A stretch of 64,000 nucleotides of DNA, from the NCBI RefSeq assembly GCF_018350175.1, contig NC_058369.1, positions 26,352,001 through 26,416,000 of the forward strand, given 5' to 3'. Of the stretch, positions 53,455 to 64,000 are shown one piece after another (positions within the stretch are counted from its first letter, which is position 1; each line of letters starts with the position of its first letter). The stretch is from Felis catus. Lineage: Eukaryota. Both the position numbers and the translations under genes were made by a program. The notes below the pieces were generated by a model. It was not told the DNA's origin. It made no database searches and saw only the letters and a program-made list of their open reading frames with translations.

Positions 53455-53918
53455 GCATGTTTACTATTGTATGCTTCTACTTATATGAACATTTAGGAAA
53501 GGCAAAACTCTAGAGACAGAAAGCAGATCAGTGGTTGACTGGGACTAGGGACGGAAGTGGGGACTGACCTTGAACAGGAACTAGGGAAGTTTTCAGAGTG
53601 ATGGAAGAATTCTAGGATGATGGTGGTGATGGTTGCACATCTGTATGAATTTAGACAAATTCATCAAGCTGTGTGTTTCAAATGAATACATCCTATGGTT
53701 TATAAATTATATCCCCAAGAAGAAAGAAAGAGAAAAAGAAAAGAAATGATCAACCAGAAGGGGGCCTGAGGAGGCTCCTGGAGTCCAGGTGATGTTTTGT
53801 TTCTTGATCTGGGTATTAGTTACAAGAGTATGTTCACTTTGTGAAAATTCATCAAGCCATTCATTTATGCTTCATGCACATTCCTACATGAACATTATAT
53901 CCCAGTAACAGGATTTAC

Positions 53919-53965
<47 letters not shown>
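53455..53965 (+). mobile_element. L1ME-like 3' ends followed by (GA)n
   Basis: aggcaaaactctagagacagaaagcagatcagtggttg...gtgaaaattcatcaagc. Confidence 0.7.
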
Positions 53966-53968
<3 letters not shown>

Positions 53969-55224
53969 AAAAATCAGCTAAGATGGGGCGGGGGGGGGCG
54001 GGGGGCGTACCGTAACTTCCCAATAAAAAGTTGCTACTTTCTTGTTTATTATTTTTTGTAATGACATCATCCTGCCAACTTAGTTTTATGATGTGAAGGG
54101 TTTAGGTTTTATATGTCTTAGTTCAGAAAGGGTTATGAAAAGATATATTTAGCTAATCACACCAGTGCTATAAAAATGTCAGCGGAATTCATTGTTTCTT
54201 AATTATTCATAGCAATTATCAATGTGGACAATATTCAACTTGCAACCAAAACAAATGGATGTTTGAAGAGGCCTTGGTGGAACAATCAAATCATCAGTCT
54301 CAAAATGTCCCCTCTCTCAGCCCAGTCCTGCTGCCTGCCAGTGTTTCAATTCTATATTTATCTTTTCAAATCAGCAGTGTAGCAATTAGTTATTATAATA
54401 GGAGCTACCAGTTTATTGTGTGCCAACTTCATGCCAGGCACTGCATTATCAGAGTTTTTCATACTTTAATTGCCTCATTTCACTGTCACAACAACCCTGC
54501 CAAGAAGTTTTTTTATACCATTTACAGATGAGGAAACTGAGGCTGGGGGCTCCTGAGTGGGTCCAAGCCCATATTGCTGGTGAGTGACAGAGCCAGAGGG
54601 CAAGCTGGAGTCCCACCCATGTGCTTTGCTATGTCTTGGGACCTGACGTCAGTGACAGGAAATAAGTGACATGTGTAACAGAATTCTGAAGCCCGAATCA
54701 TGGCTCTTCACGCGGTTACTATAGTTACTTCTCTACATGATGCTCTCGTTTTTGCTGGGATAACAATGGATCCACTGTTAGCCATTGAGGTGTTTGAACC
54801 CCTACCTTCATCATGAAACCCGAGAGACATTTTAATAGGTTTAAAATAGCATTCCTGCCTTTTAATCATACGCTTTTATTTCAGAAGCTCCTGGAACGTT
54901 AACAGATCTCGTACTATGGCAGCTTTACCAATATTATTTTTTTCCACTTCGTGTAAAACATAAGAGCTCTCTATAGGTAATACAACCATATTTAGACAGA
55001 GACCTGAAAAACTCCATGACAAAAGTGATGCATTTGGCTGGGTGGGAGGTGCATGGATGCCCCCTCACTAGGTTGAGGGAGGGTGTGGGCATCTGGGCAG
55101 GAAGATGTATGGAAAGAGAGGCCTTGGATATGGTAGGAAGGAGAGGCCATAGGGCCTTGGGAGAGACAGCAGAAGAGGCAAGAGCTGTGTCTTACAAGTG
55201 GATATGGCTCTTGCTAAGCTAATA

Positions 55225-55693
55225 AACACATGCAGAGGAGGTGGTTTGGATTAGGAATGAGGTGGGGGGGGGTGTTGGATGGGCTAAATGGGTGATAAAC
55301 ATTAAGGAGGGCACTTGCTGGGATGAGCACTGGGTGTTATATGTAAGTGATGAATCACTAAATTATTACACTATATCTTAACTAGGATTTATTTTATTTA
55401 TTTTTTAATGTTTATTAACATTAAACATTAGACAGAGAGACAGAGCATGAGTGGGGGAGGGGCAGAGAGACACAGAGACACAGAATCTGAAGCAGGCTCC
55501 AGGCTCTGAGCTGTCAGTACAGAGCCCAACGCAGGGCTTGAACCCATGAACCGTGAGATCATGACCTGAGCCAAAGTTGGATGCTTAACCAACTGAGCCA
55601 CCCAGGTGCCCCTTAACTAACTTGGATTTAAGTTAAAAATAAAATAAAATAAAATAAAATAAAATAAAATAAAATAAAATAAAATAAAATAAA
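55225..55693 (+). mobile_element. L1_Carn-like 3' end with (TAAAA)n tail, interrupted by a reverse CanSINE (~55390-55612)
   Basis: gggcacttgctgggatgagcactgggtgttatatgtaagtgatgaatcactaaatt...cttaactaacttggattt; CTTAACTA flanks the SINE. Confidence 0.85.
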
Positions 55694-56467
55694 ACAATCA
55701 TAATATCTAAAAAAAACAAAAAAGAATGAGGTGGGAAGACAACCAAGGCCTGAAATGTGTTATTGACAGGCACTCAGAGCACTGAGCTGTCAGGGAGAAT
55801 AAGGACTCAGAATCTGGGGTTTTCTTGCCTCCTGCATGCCAGCTGCCCAGGCTATGGTCAGGCAGCTTTATTCCCCTTGGACTCGTAAGGCCCATGAAAT
55901 TCTCAGATGTGGCACATTGAGACACTCATGGGACTAAAGACAAAAGCCAGAGCTTCTGATTCCTGGTCTAATGTCAGATCCATTCTCTCTAATTACAGAG
56001 TTATAATGGTGAAGAGGATGGGAACATCCAAGGACCACAGGGCCTCTCTCTCAACACTGGTGAGAACCAGTTTCCTTCCCCTGGTTCTGTAGCTCCTGGC
56101 AGAGTTCTGGAAGCTGATTAAAGAGAAGATCAGAAATAATAGGTAATTAGAAACCTTATAAAAAGGAAAAACGCTCTCATCAAACTTACCAAAGCGTCTC
56201 CATGGCTGGAAGTGGGGGAGGCATTGTAAAGTACTGGCTTCAAGGGTCACTTGTGCCAAAGGGGTGGCCTAGAGGCTGCGGCAAGTGTTCAGAGGGACTA
56301 GGGCTTGTCCCCAGAGGCTGAGTGGGGAGAAGGTTTAGAAATGTATTTCTCAACTGGCCAGCCAGTGAGTAAAAGGCTAAGGAATGCCTTTTAGCAGCCT
56401 CAAGAGAACCTCAGCCCAGTGAAATCAGTGGTACAAGGACCAAAGGGGACTGAGGGCAAGAAAGGGA

Positions 56468-56469
<2 letters not shown>

Positions 56470-56512
<43 letters not shown>
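56470..56512. repeat. (CA)n microsatellite
   Basis: Read directly. Confidence 0.95.
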
Positions 56513-56516
<4 letters not shown>

Positions 56517-57494
56517 GAGACTGGATTCTGTCAGCAAAACAGGCAGAAGGAGTGGACTTCTCCATTTGCCAGTTCCTCGGGTGTTTGGAATACTCTAGGA
56601 GGGGTAGTTGGAAGGAGCTCAGCAATGTTTTGGGTCCAGATGATCTATGCAATTAGCTGTGATAGGGTTCCTTACCTCTGGGGGTCCCTAGGGACATCCC
56701 CAGCTTAGGAGGGGTGTGGGAGGTATATGGAATGCAACAGGTGGGCTGAGTGTAGGTTTGGCCCCCAGGTGGTCTGGTTGGACTTCAATAGCTCTCTGAG
56801 CAATGGAGCAGAACCCCTCAACTTCTGGAGGTACCTCTCTACCCAGGGGATCCTCACAGCCTCTTCCCAATTTAAGGTTGATGTATACACTCCCTCCTAC
56901 CCCTTTTCCTATACCTTGCTGGCCCTCCCATTTGAATGTTCAAGAGACTGTTTTGGAAAAACCCCTAAAGGGACACAGACTGTTTATTTTTGCATTTCTG
57001 CTCCCCCAATCTTAAGGCTCCCTTTAAAGCTGGGGGTGGGTGAGTAGGGGCTTTAAGTGACAAAGACAAGGCAGGGGGTGGAGGAGGGGTGAGAAGAGGA
57101 ACTCCCCACTGTGGGTAATCATCCCAGAGATTCATCCTGCATTTTGGGCTCAGTTTCATTTGCTGGTTCCTTTTTTCCTCCCATCTTCTTTACCTTTATC
57201 TTCTCTGTGCCCTTTCATTTCTCCACTCAGTAAACCTTACTAGCCATTTCCTGTGGCAGGGCTGAAACTGAGAAAACTCACTTTGGATGAAGACTGAGAC
57301 CAGTTTTTCTGTCAAGGAGGTCACATTCGAAGTCAGTTTCAAAACAGAGTGAGCTTTATGCTTAGTGGGGGCAAACAGGAGGGTGGTTTGGGAGCCCAGT
57401 TTGTTGGGGGGTGAGCAGACCTGAGACGGTAGGGGTAGAGATCAGGGAGACCTCCCAGAGGAGGGTGGAACTGGTGCTGGTTCCTGCTGGGGCA

Positions 57495-57613
57495 CTTGTA
57501 TTTAATGCAATATTCACAACATACTTTTCCTAAAACAATTCTTTGTTGTTTATCTGAGATCCAGATTTAACTGGGCATCCTGCATTTTCATTTGCTGAAT
57601 CTGACAACCCTAG
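57495..57613. mobile_element. MER53-like hAT DNA transposon relic
   Basis: ttgtttatctgagatccagatttaactgggcatcctgcattttcatttgctgaatctgacaacccta. Confidence 0.7.
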
Positions 57614-57799
57614 TTTCCTCATGAACATATAGGAGTTAGCTGAATAAATAGAGGGACAGGAGAGAAGAGCACTCCTGCAGAGGGAACAGCATGAGCAAAG
57701 ACTTGGAGGTAAGGGACCCCATGCTTCATTGAAGGGACTGAACATTGTCCAGTGGCTGGAGTGCAAGGGGGAAGATAGGGTGTGGAGGGAATGCACCAA

Positions 57800-58700
57800 A
57801 CCAGCACATAGTTGTTGAGTGTGTACTAAGTACCAGGCACACATTGTACTCACAGGGTGCCCTTCTGAGACAGATAGACACAGCTTCTGCTCTCAGGGAG
57901 CTCACGGTTCAGCTGAGAGGCAGTGAGGTGGGGAGAGAGGACAGGCACTGTGGAAGTTACAGCTGGGGGAAATCAGCTTGGCCAGGAGGTCAGAAAAGCC
58001 CTCTCTCAGGAGATGACAATATGCTGACGGGTGAGGAGACAGGCATGCTGAGGGCTGGGGGAAAAATGTTCTGGTCTAAGGGAATAGCATAATGGAGGGC
58101 CCAAATTAAAAAAAAAAGCAAAAAAAAAAAAGCACAGTGGGGTCCTGGATACTCAAATGTGACCAGAGGGGCAGAGGAAGAGACTGGATAAGTGAACAGG
58201 GGCCCGATCACACTGGAGGGAATTTGGGCTGGATCCTGAAAGCAATGGGAGCCACTGAAGGAGTTTAAGGCAGGCAGGGTGACATAACCAGCTTTGTGTT
58301 CTTAAAGGTGACTCATGCTGGAAAGAAGAGGATGGATGGGTAGTGTGGAGGCAGAGATGAGGGTGATGAGGGAGGGGGCTCCTGCAGATGTCCAGGGCAG
58401 ACAAGTCAGTGGCTTGGCCCAGCGTGATCGTGGTGGCGATGAAGAAAGAGAGAAGGAGAGGTGGATCCAGGCTGCTCTGAGGAGGAAGACTTGGCAGGGC
58501 TGGGTTATCCGGCACTGGGAAGTGAGTGGGTGGGAGGAGCAGGCGTGACTCAAAGCTTCTGGTTTGGACAGATGGGAGGACGGTGGCACCACTTGCTTAG
58601 CAGAGCTGGGGACTTGAGAGGTTTGGGGGTGGCAAATTGACAGAGTTGGGGTTTTCACAAGGAGAAGGTGAAAAAACTGGTGGTGGGCCATCAGAGAAGG
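57800..58700 (-). mobile_element. L2 fragments
   Basis: taagtaccaggcacacattg...gcaatgggagccactgaaggagtttaaggcagg...gtggcttggcccag. Confidence 0.65.
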
Positions 58701-58867
58701 GTGTGCAGAAGGAGAGAACCAGGGGGGAGCCCAGCAGAGTTGTGTTCAAATCTCTTCTCTCACACTCGGCTGTGTGGCCTTGATCAATGACTTTACCTCT
58801 CCTTGCCTTAGTTTTCTCATCTGTATGCCAGGATGATGCGGGTAGTCTGTCCTCAGAGTTGTGAGAG

Positions 58868-59466
58868 TGTGGTGAGCAGCCTTGGAGGGGGGGAACCCAA
58901 TGATCCCCACCTCCTGGTACTCGCATCCTTGTGTGGTACCCTCCCACACTGTCCTAGGGTTGGTCTGTGAGACCAAGGGACTACATGTATGTCATTTTCA
59001 AGGCTATATTATAAAAGGCTTTGTGGCTTCTGTCTTTCCTCTCTTAGATCACTCGTGCTGGGGATACCCCAAGCTGCCATGTTGTCAGGAGAGGCTCAGG
59101 TGAGGAGAAACTAGTGCTTCCTGCTAAAAAGTACCTGAGTGATCTTGGAAGTGGACTCGCCAGCCCTGGCCAAGCCTCCAGCTGACTGCAGCTCCAGCTG
59201 ACATCTAGATTGTAAGAGGGCTATCTACCTAATCTGCTTCCAAATTCTTGACCCATAGAAACTCTGAGATAAGAAATGCGTATGGTTTGGGGCGCCTGGG
59301 TGGCTCAGTCAGCTGAGTGTCCAACTCTTGATTTCAGCTCAGGTCATGATCTCACAATTCGTGGGTTTGAGGTCTGTGTCGGGCTCTATGCTGGTGGTGC
59401 AGAGCCTGCTTGGGATTCTGTCTCTCCCTTTGTCTCTGTTCCTCTTCCCCTCTCCCCTGCTCATGT

Positions 59467-59521
<55 letters not shown>

Positions 59522-59599
59522 ATAAATAAATAAACATTAAAAAGAAAAAGAAATGTTTAAGTTTGGGGATGATTTATTATGTGGCAACAGAGAACTGAC
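58868..59599 (+). mobile_element. MLT1E/F-like MaLR solo LTR interrupted by a CanSINE (59289-59550) with long (CT)n
   Basis: tgtggtgagcagcc...caatgatccccacctcctggtactc...ttgacccatagaaactctgagataaga [SINE] aagtttggggatgatttattatgtggcaacagagaactgac. Confidence 0.8.
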
Positions 59600-60199
59600 C
59601 TGGAGAGTAAAAACACTTAGCACTGTACCTGGCACACAGTAGGGGCCAGAGAATATGCAGCATCTGTAGGTCAAGTTCAGGAGAGAGGCCTGGGCTGGAT
59701 ATATGGATCTGAGAATCTTTCGGCTTAGAGACGAGGCTTAGAGACAATAATGGAATCATTGGAGGTGGCTGAGCCAGTCTACACAGATGGGTAGACAGGA
59801 GAGGATGGCCTAAGCAAGACACCTGGGCAGAGAGGGGCTGTAAAGCAAGAGGAGGAGCATCTTCATGAGAGAAGGAGGACCCGCAGAGAAAGGAGGGAAA
59901 CTAGAACAGGAAGTGGGAAGAGGCTGTCTCCTGACGGGGGTGGTCAACAGCATCACTACAGGGGTGCTGAGGGAGGGGGTGGGGGGCGGAGATCTGAGGA
60001 GGTTCTTTTGGATTCAGCAACAAAGAGATTCCTGCTGGTCCCACAAGAGCTATTTAGGTGGAGAGAGTGAGGCCAGATTGAATATTGTGGGTTGGGGTGT
60101 CAGTATAAACACTTTCCACCCCCAAGTCCCAAACCGAGATGGTTTACAGGAGAATCCTATAGAAAATCCAAACTACAGAAAATCCCAGTCTTATAGGAG

Positions 60200-60950
60200 C
60201 TATAGAGTGAATAGGCACCCACTCCTTAATTTATTTTATGAACTCATGTAACTTTGATAACAAAACCAGACAAGGAGAGAATAAGGGAGGAAATTAGTAG
60301 GCATATCTCATTCATATGAGATATGGATGCAAAAACCCTAAATAAAACCCTAAACAAAAACCCTAAATAAAATATTAGCAAATGCAATCCAGCACTATAT
60401 TGAAAAAATCATCACAAAATCATCACACATCATCAAAGGTATGTTTATTCCAAGAATGTATGGACAGTTTAATATAATAAAATCCACGACTAGATTTGGG
60501 GGAAAAGGTCCCACCTTAGATAAGATTCAACAACCATTCATCATAAAGCAGAATAGTGCTTCCTTACCCTCATAAAAGGTATCTATCAAAAATCTACAAC
60601 AATCACTATTTCGAAGGGTAATATATTAGAAACAGTCAAGAACAAGATAGAAATGCCCACTGTCATCATTGCTATCCAACATTGTACTGAAGATTTTAGT
60701 GCAGTAATACAAGGAACAGGAAATAAAGACTGGATGGGGAGATACCAAATGTCATTACTTGCAGACTCTATGATTATTCAACAGAAAATTCAAGAGAGGC
60801 TATAAACTTATTAGAACTAAAAAAGAGTTCAAGTTTGCTGAATACAAGCTTATTATATAAAAATGAATCATATTTCAATAAATCACCAATATATTATAAA
60901 ATATATATTTGAAAATGTAATTTATAATAGCAATAAAATTTTTAAGAGAT
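60200..60950 (+). mobile_element. Degenerate L1 ORF2 (reverse-transcriptase region) fragment
   Basis: gatgcaaaaaccctaaataaaa...atattagcaaatgcaatccagcac...ttgcagactctatgatt; no intact frame. Confidence 0.75.
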
Positions 60951-61244
60951 AAATAGGAATGTTCTGAGAAAACATCTGACACAATTAGTTCCTCTGTTTT
61001 TAGTTGAGGAAATAGAAACCCTAAGAAGGAAAATGATTCCTCTAAGGATACCAGTAAGCCAGGGGCAGTTCTGGATTTTTAGCTGCATCGCATCCTAAAG
61101 AGCTGAGTGTTGGTTAATTTTGGCATTGTCTTTCTTTTTGTAAAAAAAATAAAATTCATTGTATTTTCTGATTATAAATTCAGTGTCTGTATATTCTAGA
61201 AAATACAGAAAATTCAGAAGTACATTAAGAAGTAATAAACCACT

Positions 61245-61445
61245 GGGGCATCTGGGGGGCTCAGTCGGTTAAGTGTCCGACTTCTGCTCAGATCATGATC
61301 TCGCCATTCATGGATTGAGCCCTGCATTGAGCTCTGTGCTGACAGCTCAGATCCTGAAACCTGCTTCAGATTCTGTCTCCCTCTCTCTCTGCTTCTACCC
61401 TGCTCATGCTCTGTCTCTCTCTCTCAAAAATAAACATAAAAAAAG
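61245..61445 (+). mobile_element. CanSINE
   Basis: TSD-like AATAAAC(C/T)ACT on both sides. Confidence 0.85.
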
Positions 61446-62419
61446 AATAAACTACTAGCATTTCCATCTTACCATGGAGAGAACTATAATCAATGTATTT
61501 TCTTCAAAATTTTTGTCTATGTATCTTTGTGTTTTTAAACATAAAATTAGGATTATACCACGTATACCATTTTGTGCATGCCTTATTTCATACACATTTC
61601 CCTGTATCCTCATCTAGTCTTTTTGAATATAATATAGCACGGAATCATATTGATTAGTGGTATGCCATTTATTTAACCTATCGATTTGAATTTTCAGAGA
61701 AAAATGAAATCATGAGATATGACTGTGATGATCATGCTGATAAAAGTTAAACCCTAGAGCCAACTCAGGCACATGCAGACATGAAAGCAGGTGCATTTCT
61801 AAGGCCAGAGGTTATCCCGCTGGAGAAGAGGAAAGGACAAAACCAACATTTACCTGGCAGGGGACATCCTGCCTGGCAGGAGACAGACATCTCTGGTAAT
61901 TACGCAGGAAGAGAATGGGATTTGGAAGGAGTCTATCAATTAGCTCTGAGCCTTTAGGCAATTCCCTACCCTCAGAAGCCTTGACTTCCTTAGTGGTGAA
62001 CTGAGGACAATATGGGTGCCAGGCTCACTTAGGGACAGCTCCTTCGGGCCTCAGAGCCTTTGCACCGGTCATTTTCTCTGCTAAAGTCAGCTGTCCTTCT
62101 CCTCACCTGACTGTCCATGTCGACCCTTGGGGCCTGGCTGCCCTTCTCCACTCTGCCCAGCAGGCCGGTTGGGTGAACTTATCATCAGGTGGTTTCTCCC
62201 TCCCCACCCCACCTCCATGGAGGGCAAGGCCAGAAGGTGCTCTGGCCTCAGGCCCGGCGTCCAGCCACGACCGAGTCTGAGGCAGAGACCCCCTTCCTTA
62301 TTCTGCCATTCCTCTAATCCTATACCTCTCAACACTTAGAATCACAACTTGTCATTTTTTTGTCTACTGGCTGTTTCCTTGGGTCTTGTCTGTTTTCTCC
62401 TCTCATTAGGACACCCTTC

Positions 62420-63360
62420 TGTCTTGGTGGCCGCTGTACACGGTCCGGGCCCCATACACGTTCGTGAAACAAGAGAAACAGCTGTAGGGATCCTAGGTCG
62501 GAGGACACAGTGAAAACCGCCGGGGGCTGGGCTGATTCCAAACTGCGGGCGGAGGCGGGACGAAGAGGCGGGTTCTGGGCGGGGCCCAGGGTTTCAGAGG
62601 CGGAGCCTCGGGGGCGGGACTGAGGCTTCGGGGCGGGCTTTCGGGACTGCGGCGGAGCCAGCCTGACCGCGCGGCCCAGGCTGAGTTCCTCTGGCCTCTT
62701 GGTCCTCTGACCTCCCGCCCGCGCCGCCGGTAGGGGGCGCCCGCGCTCGTGGCGCCGCGGCTCTGCTGGGAAGGCGCCGCCCGCGCGGGGCGGCAGGAGC
62801 CGCAACTCCGGGCGCGGGCTCAGTCGTCCGCTCTGCCGCCGCCGCCGCCACTGCCGCCGCCGCCGCCGCCGCCGCCTCCGCCGCTGGGCGCAGGCTCGCT
62901 TGTCCTCAGGCTCCCGCTCTCCGGCCGCCGGCGTCTCCCGGCCCGGCCGCCGCCGCCGCTGCCGCGCAGTGAGTGGGGGCGGGCCCAGAGCTTGGGGGCC
63001 CGGGGCTCGGGAGGGCCAGGCACAAGGAGAAGCCGGCGCGGAGCGGCCGGGGGAGCGGGGTTGAGGAGAATCCGGGCGGTGGCGGGGAGCCGGGCCGGCG
63101 CGCTCCGGGGCTGGCACGAACCCGCGGCGGGCTGCCCGCGGCCGAGCGGCCGGGCTGGGCGCAGATTCCCGGGCCCGCCCCGCGGGGACGTGCGGCTTCA
63201 GCGGACCCGCGTTCGCGACCTCGGGGCGCGCCCCCCCCCCCCCCCGCCAGGGCCCCGAGCATTTTGTGTCCCACACCGGGTTGGGGTGGGGGGACTTTGC
63301 CTGTGGGGCAACAGCGAAGCACGGCCCGGACGGGGACACCTCGAGTTTTGCGTGAAAATG
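62420..63360 (+). promoter_or_regulatory. KCTD6: CpG-island promoter and non-coding first exon, probably KCTD6
   Basis: Very GC/CpG-rich, multiple GC boxes, GCC repeats, donor GCA|gtgagt at 62968/62969. The gene name is inferred only from mammalian synteny PXK-PDHB-KCTD6; no KCTD6 coding sequence is in the window. Confidence 0.7.
62835..62885 (+). repeat. Interrupted GCC trinucleotide repeat (GCC)5 ACT (GCC)8 TCC GCC GCT
   Basis: Read directly. Confidence 0.95.
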
Positions 63361-64000
63361 ATTGGTTTTTGGGGGGAGGGGGGTGGTGGCGCTTATTGGC
63401 CACCGTTTGCCCTAATTTAAAGGCTATGACAGGGCTTCTGAGCCCTGCCTTAGGGGGGTTTTCCGCCCCCAAAGACCCACTCTGCAGCTGAGTTCTTTAT
63501 GCTCAGATTTGTGTGTCTTGGTATTTTTAATGCTTGATGTCAGAGGTGATAAATGACCCTGGTAATGGGGAGCCCCTGAAGCACCTGCTGGGCTGACGGT
63601 GGTGGAGGTTGTGTCTAAGGGTGGGACGGGAGAAACGAAACAGAGATCCTCTTTGGATATTCTGCTGAAGTTATCATGTTTCTGTTCAAGTATAGGTGTT
63701 CTAGAACAAGTTGATAAATCCAATTTTAGGACTTTGTGGTCGAAGAGGTTTGAGCGGCAAACAGACCCGGGGTAACCTGGCTTAGCCAGGAATGTTGGGG
63801 TAGCCCGACTAGCTCCTCCTGTTTCCCCTTGGCATGTTTATTTATTTATTTATTTATTTGCTGTCACAAATGCTCAAGTGTGATCACAGAATAGGAAAGA
63901 AGCTAGGGGACAGCATTTAGCACAGGCCCGAGCCCAAGATTGATGTTTTCAAAGGAACAAATATGTAACGAGGAAAAGGAAAATCTTTTTATCTGTAAGG

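Noticed and set aside
62329..63491. Long overlapping ORFs (336, 223, 188 and 172 aa) on both strands
   Set aside because: Pro/Arg/Gly/Ala low-complexity frames are expected in a stop-poor CpG island. Several frames are open at once and no domain is recognisable.

Overview
This is mammalian (carnivore, almost certainly felid/cat-like) genomic DNA, not prokaryotic. The abundant tRNA-Lys-derived CanSINEs include young SINEC_Fc-type copies. The window holds the 3' ten coding exons of PXK (+, 272-25974), the complete 10-exon PDHB gene (-, 33237-27920, 359 aa) lying tail-to-tail with PXK, about 29 kb of repeat-rich intergenic DNA, and a CpG-island promoter with a non-coding first exon at ~62.4-63.4 kb. 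By conserved mammalian synteny (PXK-PDHB-KCTD6) that promoter should be KCTD6. Several things are not in the ORF track. (1) A complete COX6C processed pseudogene with poly(A) and perfect 15-bp TSDs at 47649-48090. (2) Two 33-nt cassette-exon candidates in the last PXK intron: a stop-containing VEHAPF* exon that removes the poly-Pro/WH2 tail, and an in-frame AALGLGKRCKE exon. (3) A nested SINE sitting on the PDHB exon 7 acceptor, apparently duplicating it and supplying a new T29 pyrimidine tract. (4) A compact orphan CTCF/ETS/GC-box/E-box/AP-1/TATA module at ~45.1 kb. (5) Several ultra-short retro-insertions. I see no evidence for a wholly new gene family. All calls were read by eye; repeat subfamily names and boundaries are approximate and no database was searched.
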